Both the position numbers and the translations under genes were made by a program. This document shows positions 40,301 to 49,314 of a stretch of 56,444 nt of DNA, one piece after another. Position 1 is the stretch's first letter; the number at the start of each line of letters is the position of its first letter. The notes below the pieces were generated by a model. That model was not told the DNA's origin. It searched no databases and worked only from the letters and a program-made list of their open reading frames with translations. Location of the stretch: positions 1 through 56,444 of IMG/VR virus record IMGVR_UViG_3300042319_001750; one strand, 5' to 3'. The stretch is from a virus. Taxonomy: Duplodnaviria; Caudoviricetes.

Positions 40301-41574
40301 TGGAAATTGGCTGCGTAGAAGGTGATGTAATCATGCAGGCATTCCTGCACGCTGACGTCAAGCAGGGGGCTGTTGAAGGAGATAGCCTTAGGCAGCAGTG
40401 GCGTTGGCTCAGGCAGGAGAGGGCTGGTGGCTTTAGTGCTGTTCCATGTTGGGTCTCCGCCAACTACAGGAAGGGCAGAAGTCCACTCTTCAATGATCGT
40501 CGCGAGACACGGGCCGGAGTAGGCGTCTGCGACGAATCTAGGGGAGGTGACATACCCTGTGACCGCCGAGTAGATGTCGGAGTTATCGGCGTAGACTGGC
40601 GTGATGTTGACGTAGTCTAGGACAGCAGGCCAAGCCCAGTTGGTGACGATTTGGAAAGTGCGGGTTGCCTTGCCGTTGATAGCAGAGCCAGCGAGACCAG
40701 CAGCTTTCTTGGTATTCTTGATTGACCACAGAGTATTGATGGGCTGCAACTCCACGATAGACCCGTCAGACTGAATGCCAGAGGGGATCGTCGTATTGGC
40801 GGGAACCTTAGCACGCCGGAAAGAAGTTGTGGCGTTGATCTCAGGGTCAAACTCTTTGCCGATGATTTCAGAGTCAACATAACGAACTGCCACGGCGTCA
40901 AAAGTCCCTGTAGCAAAAGCGGCTACAGCTGTGTATGCCGTAGCCGGGGGGCTAAAATTACTGACCCGGACACCCGGAGGTAGGTATGTGGCAGGGCACT
41001 CAATGTAATCGTTGATGGCCAACAAAGTTCCTAGGGTGCTGAGCGCCGTCACGTTCGCAATAGTGCCGATACTGAGGGATGCAATGACTTGGCGGACGCG
41101 CAGTTTTTCCCGAGTGACCGCTACCATGACAAAAGTTGATGCGAGCACTTCATCGTTGATAGGACGCTCTTCAACCCCAGTCACAGTCCACTCAAGCGGG
41201 TAGGCTAAGACTTCGACCGGGGGCATGTCATAAGTTGACGTCACCGAAAAGTCAGACCGACGAACGATAAAAGTCTGGGTAAGCTGGGGCCAGTCAGGAG
41301 TGTCCGTCAGCTGCCAGTTGTAGCGATGCTGATTCTCCCGGTTGGCGGAGTAATACCACCGTTGCCATCCAGCGCCCCCTTCAGCGGTCACAAACACCAA
41401 CTCATGGTGAGGGAACTTTGCAGTGTCCGGGTGAGGGTCTCCATAGCTCCACGACTTGTTTTTGGGCAAGTCTCCGTCCCGGATTTCATAGAAGAGCAGG
41501 TCGGCCTGCCCCTCAGGAGTCGGGAAAGAAAGAACGGGAATGCGTTCTGGGATGTCGGGCTTCGGGCGGATCAT
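37309..41574 (-). CDS. tail fibre/adhesin with four Ig-like (ASH / choice-of-anchor D-like) domains and C-terminal NHL-like beta-propeller
   Basis: Repeated I.N.G...L and F.PT...S.D motifs; repeated AD...NRVLIWN...ADLVLGQ.NFT. Confidence 0.7.
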   Translation of the reverse strand: MIRPKPDIPERIPVLSFPTPEGQADLLFYEIRDGDLPKNKSWSYGDPHPDTAKFPHHELVFVTAEGGAGWQRWYYSANRENQHRYNWQLTDTPDWPQLTQTFIVRRSDFSVTSTYDMPPVEVLAYPLEWTVTGVEERPINDEVLASTFVMVAVTREKLRVRQVIASLSIGTIANVTALSTLGTLLAINDYIECPATYLPPGVRVSNFSPPATAYTAVAAFATGTFDAVAVRYVDSEIIGKEFDPEINATTSFRRAKVPANTTIPSGIQSDGSIVELQPINTLWSIKNTKKAAGLAGSAINGKATRTFQIVTNWAWPAVLDYVNITPVYADNSDIYSAVTGYVTSPRFVADAYSGPCLATIIEEWTSALPVVGGDPTWNSTKATSPLLPEPTPLLPKAISFNSPLLDVSVQECLHDYITFYAANFQQEFPATNYTRWPGSIVAEVDLRAHQGGWLKRVMLVNCPSQAGVAPELYLTVGTTFATSFQLNWGNLAYTTALKLDVSSDPTFKTGFLPGFKDFSVLGLATKTVTGASRGVPYYSRLTVTRTTGATTVVRESNIAVVMCPPQAEIALSTPGPDGLVNTIDDVPLPAVTGVIDFGQAQTTEDTFKTIIIRNDGLLSLSGIAVVFEGGYRSYFSVVGTLPTSVAPGGYATVLVKMRPTAAVGAISVSMTITSNAVNIPSYLVTLTGTAVQPEIDVLYAGVSRPSGGSTVALGNVNTGSVGTFSFSILNTGNGALTAVVGISDSSSPPPWDLLSSPEAPIAAGATGTFSVSFTPTEAGAKTLSVSINNNDPTGAEDPYLLTLSATGVAVGLIDVTAPSGADLSPGASYYFGFSAATVLKQATFGVVNRGAGTLSSLAATLSGTDAAQFSVGSFVTSVVSGGTANLTIGFTPTTSGLKSAVLTVASSDPNQPTYVINLTGTGGTEHEIQVESPLGSILTDNTGVSTYGSMLTGTSRTKRFWVRNVGNADLTGLAATLTGTDAAKFFVTNVVLADSTTVVTRLEPGQSAFVDVTLTPGTTVGPLEAKLNIASNDHDENPFEVPLLGFSYNSGSLPTSSSASLILGQTSSSADTTWVGAPSAAQLSTSLGSRPAVSSSGRVAIADTVANRVLIWNSYPALATGQAADLVLGQPNLTSYSDSVAITQSNLRLPKAVAWYGEKLLVSDTVRNRILIWNNPATNNQAADMVLGQVNFTSGLPGASPTKFKGITDIFVVPSGSQAGKLIATDPGNYRVLIWNSFPAASNAAANLALGQTSLSVALLPTGPSYTPAGSLSLPRFRAPSAACVSPVDGKLYIADAYFNRVLGYGSVPTSGVPPDIILFQTDLSTSFTGATRDWCNGPSGLSMNAVGQLAVSDTNNRRVLIFYTAPANGSQPHAVLGQPNFTTNSVLTRSETTLNSAAGLTWQGGDLLVADRNRVAIFKP

Positions 41575-41580
41575 ATCGTC

Positions 41581-41609
41581 AATCTAATCGCCGTCAGGGT
41601 TGACGTCAA
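41581..41609 (-). promoter_or_regulatory. sigma70-like promoter, leaderless
   Basis: TTGACG-17-TAGATT-6-ATG. Confidence 0.65.
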
Positions 41610-41935
41610 TACTTGCCCTTGCCCTTAGGCGGAGTCTTTCGATCTCCTCCCGGGCCAGCCCAAAGCTCACGACGAGCCCAATAGTTCGGGCTGGTCTTAT
41701 CGTCTTTGGTCAAGCTACCACCCTTATCGCGAATCTTGGCAGAGCGGGCGAGGTATGACTTGCGGGCGGCCGCAGAGTAATTATGGCCATAGCCTTCAGC
41801 ACCAAAATGGACGATGCGAATCTTATTGGTGTCGGGGTCGCGGACGAAGACGCTCTTCTTCTTGCCAGAAGGAGTGACCCCGGGAATTTTCCGGGGTGAG
41901 TCGAGAGTGACTTCCTTGCCGCGCCAAGTTGCCAT
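41606..41935 (-). CDS. small basic conserved viral protein
   Basis: IVHFG..GY...RKSYLAR...SPNYWARRELW pattern. Confidence 0.65.
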   Translation of the reverse strand: MATWRGKEVTLDSPRKIPGVTPSGKKKSVFVRDPDTNKIRIVHFGAEGYGHNYSAAARKSYLARSAKIRDKGGSLTKDDKTSPNYWARRELWAGPGGDRKTPPKGKGKY

Positions 41936-41938
41936 AGC

Positions 41939-42526
41939 TCAGATGAGGGTATTGCTGAACTTAGTAGTCTGGTCCCAACGAGAGACCAGCCCTTTCCAGA
42001 ATTTTGCCCGCTTCCCAACAGGAGGGGCTACCTTCCGTTCGTAGGCTTCGCGGGCTTCACGGAACCGAAGAAGAAAAGCGCGGGGCTCCTTCTCAGCGCG
42101 AGCCAGCGCAGCCAGCGTCATCGGACCAACCTTGCCGTCAACTTCTACGTCAAGGGCCATCTGCAGGATGCGGGCGCAGCCAGTAGTGCCTCGGTTGAAG
42201 GCGGTATCTCGAAGGGCCGCTTCCGAAAAAGGACTTCGAGCCCAGTTGCCTGCTGTATCTGTGACCTTCAGAATGTGCTCGGCAGCTTCCTGCTCAGCCT
42301 GCACAAACTTTTTGCCAGCGATGAGGGACGCGAGGCGGGCCGCAGCCTCGGGGTGATACCGGTCATTGATGCCCGCAACCTCGAAGGTTCCACCACCGTC
42401 ACCAGCGGGTAACCGATAGACGGCGAGGCGTCCACTACGGTCACGGCGAGCTTCCACATCAAGGATGTGTTTGCCGATTGCAAGCGAGTGTTCTGGTCTC
42501 ATTTTGGTTGGTGGGGGAGTGCTCAT
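41939..42526 (-). CDS. endolysin, GH108-like with peptidoglycan-binding segment
   Basis: DGGGTFEVAGIN, DTAFNRG, VDGKVGPMT, KFWKGLVSR. Confidence 0.75.
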   Translation of the reverse strand: MSTPPPTKMRPEHSLAIGKHILDVEARRDRSGRLAVYRLPAGDGGGTFEVAGINDRYHPEAAARLASLIAGKKFVQAEQEAAEHILKVTDTAGNWARSPFSEAALRDTAFNRGTTGCARILQMALDVEVDGKVGPMTLAALARAEKEPRAFLLRFREAREAYERKVAPPVGKRAKFWKGLVSRWDQTTKFSNTLI

Positions 42527-42759
42527 TGGGTGAGGGCGCGTAGTCGGTTGCGGTCAGCTAGGATTTCCAAATGGTCTTGCAGGTTGACCCAAACCTCATC
42601 CGTCAGTGGGACGTAGCTCTGATTTGCCCGAAGGAACAATCGTGGCGGGGCTGACGAGGGCATAGAGGCGGGAGAGTCTCGCGTGTCGTGATTCCAACTG
42701 CAACAGCCGGGCACGGTCAACAGAAGTAGAAGCACTGTAGCGAAAAATTTCATCGTCAA
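42523..42759 (-). CDS. lipoprotein, o-spanin (Rz1-like) candidate
   Basis: Signal peptide with lipobox LLLLTVPG-C; overlaps 42596-42877 out of frame. Confidence 0.55.
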   Translation of the reverse strand: MTMKFFATVLLLLLTVPGCCSWNHDTRDSPASMPSSAPPRLFLRANQSYVPLTDEVWVNLQDHLEILADRNRLRALTQ

Positions 42760-42877
42760 GATCGTTGAGTTCGACAGCTAATTTCCACGCTAACCAGATC
42801 GGAAAAATCTTAGCCGCCTCAGCTGCAGCAAGCAGGAAGGCGGACAAGGATGACGTAAGCGCGGAGAACGAGATCAC
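42596..42877 (-). CDS. i-spanin (Rz-like) candidate
   Basis: Hydrophobic N-terminus then helical segment; within lysis cassette. Confidence 0.5.
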   Translation of the reverse strand: MISFSALTSSLSAFLLAAAEAAKIFPIWLAWKLAVELNDLDDEIFRYSASTSVDRARLLQLESRHARLSRLYALVSPATIVPSGKSELRPTDG

Positions 42878-43080
42878 TTCGCGTCAGCGGCTTTGATAAG
42901 TCCGTAACCGCCAGCGATGAGGGCGACGAGTTCGCCCATGTCACCGGGGGTGCCAGTTTTCAGAAAGCTGAGGACTGCATTGGCGATAGCGGCAATGATA
43001 GTGATGACGCCGAGGACGGTAGTTTTGGAGATGGGAGAGGGCATGGCGTCAAAGATTGACATTCGGCTCTTTTTTGTCAA
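42874..43080 (-). CDS. holin candidate (2 TM)
   Basis: Two hydrophobic segments; SKTT...AADAK. Confidence 0.6.
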   Translation of the reverse strand: MTKKSRMSIFDAMPSPISKTTVLGVITIIAAIANAVLSFLKTGTPGDMGELVALIAGGYGLIKAADAK

Positions 43081-43276
43081 TCGCCTTCTTTCGCCGGATA
43101 GAGAGGGCCAGATTCCAAATAGTCAAGAATCCAACAAGGTTACCAGCTACCAAAGAACTGACGCGGAGCCATGATTCAATATCCTGCATAGAGACGATGA
43201 AAGCGAGGAGGTTAAAAGTCCCTCCAAGGATAGCAGCTAGCGTGCTTGGTAGCGCGTCAGGAGTAGGGGGCGTCAT
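43049..43276 (-). CDS. membrane protein, holin or antiholin candidate
   Basis: Two hydrophobic segments and basic C-terminus. Confidence 0.5.
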   Translation of the reverse strand: MTPPTPDALPSTLAAILGGTFNLLAFIVSMQDIESWLRVSSLVAGNLVGFLTIWNLALSIRRKKAIDKKEPNVNL

Positions 43277-43689
43277 GGCAGCTGAGCGGTTTGAGATACG
43301 TTCAGTGTGACAGGTGCGGTGGTGATGTTAGAATAGGCGGATTGGACTCGGACTTCAAACGTGAGAGGGACCACTCGCTGAGCAGCGAACTGGCCTGACA
43401 ATCCAGACAGCGTGAAGCTGACCTCGGAGAACCGATACCGAGTAGCGATGCCCCGCCCGACAATGGTCGGGGAAGTGGCATACACTAGGGGTTCGCGAGA
43501 ACCGGGGGCGGCATACGCGACAAGCCTCACAATAGTCCCGGTTGGGAGAGGCCCGACACGTCCATCCATTGAGAATGAAACGTCGATCGTCAAGCTATCG
43601 CCTCGACGAGCTGCGAGGCTGCGAATTGGGACTCGGGTTCGTGGAGACGACGCCAGAATACGGTCATTGAGGACAACGTGTAGATTCAT
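43273..43689 (-). CDS. hypothetical beta-rich structural protein
   Basis: ORF in late operon. Confidence 0.6.
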   Translation of the reverse strand: MNLHVVLNDRILASSPRTRVPIRSLAARRGDSLTIDVSFSMDGRVGPLPTGTIVRLVAYAAPGSREPLVYATSPTIVGRGIATRYRFSEVSFTLSGLSGQFAAQRVVPLTFEVRVQSAYSNITTAPVTLNVSQTAQLP

Positions 43690-43943
43690 TAGTCGAGACC
43701 GGCAGAGCCAATTTTAATCTCGACCTGATTGACGAAGCTCTTACCTTTGCCTTTTTCGCCTTCAGGTCCGGCATCTTCACCTTCTTCACCTTCTTCACCC
43801 ATCTCACACTCACATCCTTCCAGACTGATGAGGGTTAGGCGGTTGCCAGCGTCAAGCCGGAGTTCTGCCATAGCCTCAAAGGTGTCGCCTTCCTTCGTGC
43901 CCTCTGGGATTTCAAAACCTTCAGGAGTTGGGAAGCTGGTCAT
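43689..43943 (-). CDS. small acidic protein
   Basis: ORF after the capsid terminator. Confidence 0.6.
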   Translation of the reverse strand: MTSFPTPEGFEIPEGTKEGDTFEAMAELRLDAGNRLTLISLEGCECEMGEEGEEGEDAGPEGEKGKGKSFVNQVEIKIGSAGLD

Positions 43944-43969
43944 TGTCGTAGAGGGGGTGCTGTAGGGGT

Positions 43970-44036
43970 AAAAAAAAAAATGAGATCAGGGGAGGGAGGT
44001 AGGCGTAAAAGGCCAGTCCTCCCTCCCCGTCACTCA
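43970..44036 (-). terminator. terminator after major capsid gene
   Basis: GGGGAGGGAGG/CCTCCCTCCCC stem with A11 on + (U-tract on -). Confidence 0.8.
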
Positions 44037-44041
44037 GTAGG

Positions 44042-45343
44042 TTACGGAGCGATCTGAGTAGGATCGCTGGTGGCGTCACAGGCCAGACCAGCAACGCTCG
44101 GAGCGCAGCGGCGGAAGCGGAACACTGTGGCGAGGTCGGGGGCCTGTGGCTTGGCGGCCACGCTCAGCACACCGCGGAAGAAACCAATCGTCCCGTCAGG
44201 GTTGGTGGTTTCATGCGGAATGTTGAGCCAGCGGAAGTCACCCATGTAGTTCTGCGTCGAGAAGGCCGTGCCACCGCCGGGAGCGGTGATTGCCTTCGGC
44301 ACTTGGAACTCAAGAGCTTCGCGAACGAAGACGTAGGCTTCTTCAACGTCCGCGATTTCATACGCGGAGTTGAGGACGAAGCGACGTCCGTTGGTGGTTT
44401 CTTCCGGGGCGAAGGGAAGGATTTCAGTCCACTGGTAGACGGCGGGGCTGGAGTCGGGAACTTGGGTGACATTGAACCGGCGAGGGAACATGTCCACGAG
44501 ATAGAACCAACCCTTGTAGGAGCGTTCGACACCCAGAGGGGCGAGCAGCTCGTTGACGCGGGAGTTGTTGTAGCGGAAGTCATCGCGCAGGTTGAGCCCG
44601 CCGATGCCCCGGAACAGAAACTCCTGAGCTTCAGGGCTGAGCACCACAGCATAGATTGGGCGACCGTTCTCCATGCCCCAAGGTTCAGCGCCCTCACGGA
44701 CGAGCTTGAGGTAGACGCGGTCGAGGATGCCCTGCGAGATGTGCCTCATTGAGTCAACGGTGCCAACAACGGGTGTAGGCCAAGTGGCAGCTCCATCCAC
44801 GCTGGTGAGCGCGGAGGTGACGACGACCTTGTGTTCAGCCAAGTCAGCGTAGACCGAGCGGTAGTAGGTTTCCCACGCCCATTTGGTGTTGTCCTTGAGG
44901 ATGTTGAACATCGCCGTGAGCTGGTCCTTGCGCTTCGCGGCAAAGCGAAGGTCATTGACACAGATTTTCGGGCTTTGCACAGCAGCCTGCTTGAGGCCGT
45001 AGGAGCGAACCGTCTGACCGAAGTTGATGACAGCGGCGGTCGGGAGGCAGCTCAGCAACGTCTGGGGATCAGGGCTCAGCGAGCCATCACCTCCAGTGTT
45101 GTTGAAATACTGCTGGGTGTTGACGTCGGTCCACGACAGACCATTGGCAGGAAGCGAACGCTCCCAAGTGAGGACGTTGATGACGTCGCCCATTTCGTCA
45201 GGGAAGGCACCTCGCTGAGCGAGGTTGAGCCACGCAGACGTGTTGAGCGACTTGGTGTAGATGTCAGGACCGATGCGACCAGCCTCGTTGACGAGGATAG
45301 AGTTGACCGTATCGAGCTGAGATTCAGAGAGAGTAGCAGGCAT
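44042..45343 (-). CDS. major capsid protein
   Basis: About 433 aa after the scaffold, strong codon bias, own terminator. Confidence 0.7.
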   Translation of the reverse strand: MPATLSESQLDTVNSILVNEAGRIGPDIYTKSLNTSAWLNLAQRGAFPDEMGDVINVLTWERSLPANGLSWTDVNTQQYFNNTGGDGSLSPDPQTLLSCLPTAAVINFGQTVRSYGLKQAAVQSPKICVNDLRFAAKRKDQLTAMFNILKDNTKWAWETYYRSVYADLAEHKVVVTSALTSVDGAATWPTPVVGTVDSMRHISQGILDRVYLKLVREGAEPWGMENGRPIYAVVLSPEAQEFLFRGIGGLNLRDDFRYNNSRVNELLAPLGVERSYKGWFYLVDMFPRRFNVTQVPDSSPAVYQWTEILPFAPEETTNGRRFVLNSAYEIADVEEAYVFVREALEFQVPKAITAPGGGTAFSTQNYMGDFRWLNIPHETTNPDGTIGFFRGVLSVAAKPQAPDLATVFRFRRCAPSVAGLACDATSDPTQIAP

Positions 45344-45464
45344 AAAAGTAGGGGGTAGAGAGGAGGTGGGATTGACTGACAGATGAACTCCCCGAGCCAA
45401 GGGAAGGTAGGCTCATAGACTCTAACGGTGAACGGTTTTGGAGATACCGAGCGAACTCGCCGTC

Positions 45465-45492
45465 AAACTATGACGAGCCCCCTATCAGTCAA
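45465..45492 (-). promoter_or_regulatory. possible capsid promoter
   Basis: TTGACT-16-TAGTTT. Confidence 0.4.
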
Positions 45493-45500
45493 GGAAAATC

Positions 45501-46649
45501 TCATCGCCCTCCGAGCCCCTGTTCAATAGCGTCAAGGAACGATCCCGGTTTAGGGCCGGAGGCAGGCGCACTACCACCTGCAGTAGGGGCCGCCCCCTTG
45601 AAAGCACCAATCTGTCGCTCCAGCTCAGCGATCCGAACATCTTTCTCACGCAGAGCCTTGGAAAGACGAGGTAGGGCAGCTCCAGCGTAGGCACCGTAGG
45701 CACGGAGCCCGGAATCAGCGGAACTGAAATCTACGGTATCTGCCTCAGCGCGAATGGCTTTGGCGGTCGCTTCGTCTGCCAAGAAGGGCAGCTTGCGAGA
45801 CATCAACTCCCACATCTGGTCGGCAGCTTCTTTCTGTTTGCGCAGCTCCTCGACCGATTGGCGACGCTGAGTGTCTGCACGCTCGCGGTCAAACCGCTGA
45901 AGGGTCTCGGCCGCGTTCTCTTCAAGAGAGGTCTTGGTGTTGACGATGGCGTCAAACTCCTCAGCAGTCCGATAGAGCTTCAGGCGATCGGGCTCCAGCA
46001 TCGGCTCTGCCAATCGAGCGAGCTTCTTGACGCGCTCTTTGCGGTTGTCTTCCACAACAGCCGAATTGAGTGCCTCGATGTCCAGCTCGTAGGTATCTGC
46101 GAGGTCTTCCACTGTCGCTCGAACCGTGTCGAGCGGTTGGATGACGCGCTTCTGATACTCCTCTGTAGCTTCAAGTTTAACGCCGGTCAGTTCACGCTCG
46201 TAGCTTTCGAGCTTCTCACGCAGCGCAGTGGCTTCGGCTTCAGCAGCTTTCAGCTTGTTGACCGCTTCAGGCGGGGCTTGAGACGTGGACGCCTCTTCAA
46301 ATTTCCGCTTCCAATCCTTAATCTCAGACTTCAGTTCCTTCCAGCGTTGGCCCGCTTTTTCAGTCATCCCATCTGGAACCTTGTCATCGGCTTCGTCAGG
46401 TTTGACGCTCGAAGCATCTGGAGCGGTAGGCGCGTCTTCCTTCCCAAGGAAAGAGGCCATGTCGTCTTTTTCAGAGTCCGCTGGCAGAGGGCTGGCTGGG
46501 TCGTTGGAAGGACCAGCCGGTGGAGTCGGGTTGGAAGGATCAGGCGCAGGTGGTTCAGCAAACAAGTCGTCAACCGCCCCGAGGCGGTCAATGATGGTGT
46601 CTTGGACGGGAGCTTCAGGAGCAGTTGGGTTGGCGGGGTCGAGGGGCAT
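45501..46649 (-). CDS. capsid scaffolding protein
   Basis: Pro/Asp-rich N-terminus and long coiled coil, directly upstream of MCP. Confidence 0.65.
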   Translation of the reverse strand: MPLDPANPTAPEAPVQDTIIDRLGAVDDLFAEPPAPDPSNPTPPAGPSNDPASPLPADSEKDDMASFLGKEDAPTAPDASSVKPDEADDKVPDGMTEKAGQRWKELKSEIKDWKRKFEEASTSQAPPEAVNKLKAAEAEATALREKLESYERELTGVKLEATEEYQKRVIQPLDTVRATVEDLADTYELDIEALNSAVVEDNRKERVKKLARLAEPMLEPDRLKLYRTAEEFDAIVNTKTSLEENAAETLQRFDRERADTQRRQSVEELRKQKEAADQMWELMSRKLPFLADEATAKAIRAEADTVDFSSADSGLRAYGAYAGAALPRLSKALREKDVRIAELERQIGAFKGAAPTAGGSAPASGPKPGSFLDAIEQGLGGR

Positions 46650-46682
46650 ATTGGGGTGGGTGATGTGGGGGGTTGATCGCGG

Positions 46683-47030
46683 TTACTGAGCGGAGTTAGG
46701 TTTGGGGGAGTCAGCGGCCCATTTCCAAGGACCGGTTTGTTCAAGTTCAGAGGCTTTCTGAATTCTGGAGAATGCCCCCTCGTTGAATCCGGGGAGGTCT
46801 TGTAATGCACGCAGGCACGCCTCCCAACCAGCATGATATTGGTGGCAGAGGGCTCCGGCGCTGGGGTCAGATGTCGTCAAGGATTTGGGCGCGTTCATGT
46901 AACGCAACACCGCAAAAGCCCCAACCATAAAAGGCTGGCGCAGAGCAGTGCCGAGGAGGTCACGATAGCTGTCGGACCTTGACCACTCAGTGAGAGTGGT
47001 CGGGATAGGTGCTTGGGTAGTGGCTGGCAT
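46683..47030 (-). CDS. small head-assembly-region protein
   Basis: Lies between portal and scaffold. Confidence 0.55.
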   Translation of the reverse strand: MPATTQAPIPTTLTEWSRSDSYRDLLGTALRQPFMVGAFAVLRYMNAPKSLTTSDPSAGALCHQYHAGWEACLRALQDLPGFNEGAFSRIQKASELEQTGPWKWAADSPKPNSAQ

Positions 47031-47035
47031 GGAAA

Positions 47036-49309
47036 TTACACACCGAGGCGACGGAGCTTCGCGGCCTCCTTGGCGTCATTGATGGCCTGCTTCTGAGCAA
47101 ACTCAGCTTGGCGCATCTGCAGTTTTTGTTGGTGCTCCTCCTGCTTCATTTGAAGTTTGAGGTTCTGTTCGACGAGCTTGCGCTCCATCTCAGGCGGGAG
47201 GGATTGGTCCTGCGTAGGCTGCGCCTGCTGGCCTTCTTGGGCTTCACTGGCAGCTTTCTCCTCAGCTTTGCGGGCTTCGGCCTTTAGTTTTTCCTGACCA
47301 TTCCAAATCATCTCTCCGTATTGCTGGAGTTGCTGACGGTAAACAGCGACCATGTCAGAAGTAGCTGGATCGACTCCACCCATCTCGACGTGCTGTGTCG
47401 CATGAGCGTGGATCATCACCATCGGCTGAACAGCCTCACCCAGCGGTGTGTCCCCGGCTTCGATCGCGTCAAAGAATTGACGCAAGCGGGCATCATGGTG
47501 TTTCAAATGGATTAAGTGCAGTTCGTTGGACTGAACCTGAATGTCCTCCCCACCGATGAGGTGCGAGTTTTCTAACACGGCGAGTTTGTCGTCAATGGTT
47601 GGGCGTGGCTCATTGGACTCAGGGACATAGCGGTCAGCCAGTTCATAGCCAACGCGAGCTGCGATTCGATCGCGCAGTAAGTTATGGCGTCCGACGTCGT
47701 CAAAGGCCGGGGCTTCCTTGGCGAGTTCGTTGAGGATGAGCTGGCGAGCTTCAGGTGAACCGCCGCCGACGGCGCGGTTGACGGAGCACCGGTCAAAGTC
47801 AATGACGCCAAATGCCTCTGGCGGGATGCCCTCTTCAAGTAGGCGATCACGGAGTTCAATGACGAGGTCTCCGCCGGGGAGATCAGGGCCATAGGCCGGG
47901 TTGAACACGCGGCGAGCAACTTCGCGCAAGAGATTCTGGAAGGGCTCGTAGAAGAGGTTCAGGCTCGTGATGCTGAGCTTGCTCATGCGGGCGACATACG
48001 CCTCAACCTCGAATCGGGTGCGCTCCTTGTCGTCAGCAAACATCCCCACCGAACTGTATTGGCCCGACTTGCTCTGCAGCAGCGAAGACATGTCATTGAT
48101 GACGGGCATCGCGTTGTTGGCGAGATTTGGGATCGTGCGTTCGATGACTTTGTTTCCGGGCGTCAAGATAGAGTAGGGGCCATAATAGGTCAGCGACAGA
48201 TCGGCGAGAGCCTGCTCATCGGCGGGCTGAATCATCACGGAACTGGATAACATTGCCGAGTCAATCACCTGATTCCTCAAGCGGTTAGATACTTGAATGT
48301 GCGGGTAGATTTTATACCCGAGGCCGCGGATGCTGTGGACATATCCGTTGGACCCGATACCGAACATGAAGATGTGGAATGGAGGCCGGTTGGAAGGATA
48401 CTTGTCCTCCTTCTTGTAGATGAACTTGTCCGGGGTGCCGATGTCAAGAAACTGGTAGTGTGACCACATGCCAGAAAACTCCTTGACCCAGAGATGTCCG
48501 ATCGGGATTTCATTGCCCACACAATCGAAGTAGAGGTCATTGTTCTTCAAACGCTCCTGAACCTGTTCCCAGTCCATGACGCGACGGTCGCCGTTAGCTC
48601 CGACAGACTTAACAAGGGCGTCGCGAACAGCCTGCACATCCCAGCCAAGCTCAGCAGCCTGCGTGGGATTCTTGATGTATGCGTAGAGTTGAGATGGGCG
48701 GTAGCGTTGAATACTGCCAGCGAGCTCCATAGCGCCGGGGTCAGCAAGCGTGTGGCGTGGGAAGAAAAAGTCGCCGAGCTTAGCCACATGCCAACGCCAG
48801 TCGAGGTGATCTGGGTAGTAGCATACCGAGACCCCATCTGCGATGAAGTGGTGGCAGCAATAGAGGAACTTGTGGAAGAAGCTGCTCCACTTGCGGAGCA
48901 TGCTCGTGAAAATCTTGCTGATCCGGGCCTCATATTCGAGGCGCTGCGGCGCAGGAAAAGAATTGGGGCGCAAACGGAAGCGAAGGAACTCGTCAGTATT
49001 AGAGAAGAGGTCCACATAGCCGCTCATACTAAACTCCAGCAGCGCACCAGCTTCGTCAAAGTTGAGATTTGAACGCCCTCCCTGACCTGTTTCGACAAGG
49101 TCTTCATCCCGATAAGGGCGCTGACCATCGAACATCGCTTGGAACTGCGCTCTTCCGCGGCTCGATTCAGCGTCGTCGTCGATCATCTTGCGGAGCGCCG
49201 AGTGAGCAGACTTAGCGTCAGCAATGCGGCGATCGGGGACGCGCCCCTCAGTAGAAGCGGTGAGTAGACCGTCATCAGTCTGCTGAAATTCAAGGAGGGC
49301 TTTTTGCAT
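47036..49309 (-). CDS. portal protein
   Basis: 757 aa, position, ERTRFEV motif, Gln-rich coiled-coil C-terminus. Confidence 0.65.
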   Translation of the reverse strand: MQKALLEFQQTDDGLLTASTEGRVPDRRIADAKSAHSALRKMIDDDAESSRGRAQFQAMFDGQRPYRDEDLVETGQGGRSNLNFDEAGALLEFSMSGYVDLFSNTDEFLRFRLRPNSFPAPQRLEYEARISKIFTSMLRKWSSFFHKFLYCCHHFIADGVSVCYYPDHLDWRWHVAKLGDFFFPRHTLADPGAMELAGSIQRYRPSQLYAYIKNPTQAAELGWDVQAVRDALVKSVGANGDRRVMDWEQVQERLKNNDLYFDCVGNEIPIGHLWVKEFSGMWSHYQFLDIGTPDKFIYKKEDKYPSNRPPFHIFMFGIGSNGYVHSIRGLGYKIYPHIQVSNRLRNQVIDSAMLSSSVMIQPADEQALADLSLTYYGPYSILTPGNKVIERTIPNLANNAMPVINDMSSLLQSKSGQYSSVGMFADDKERTRFEVEAYVARMSKLSITSLNLFYEPFQNLLREVARRVFNPAYGPDLPGGDLVIELRDRLLEEGIPPEAFGVIDFDRCSVNRAVGGGSPEARQLILNELAKEAPAFDDVGRHNLLRDRIAARVGYELADRYVPESNEPRPTIDDKLAVLENSHLIGGEDIQVQSNELHLIHLKHHDARLRQFFDAIEAGDTPLGEAVQPMVMIHAHATQHVEMGGVDPATSDMVAVYRQQLQQYGEMIWNGQEKLKAEARKAEEKAASEAQEGQQAQPTQDQSLPPEMERKLVEQNLKLQMKQEEHQQKLQMRQAEFAQKQAINDAKEAAKLRRLGV

Positions 49310-49314
49310 GGAAA

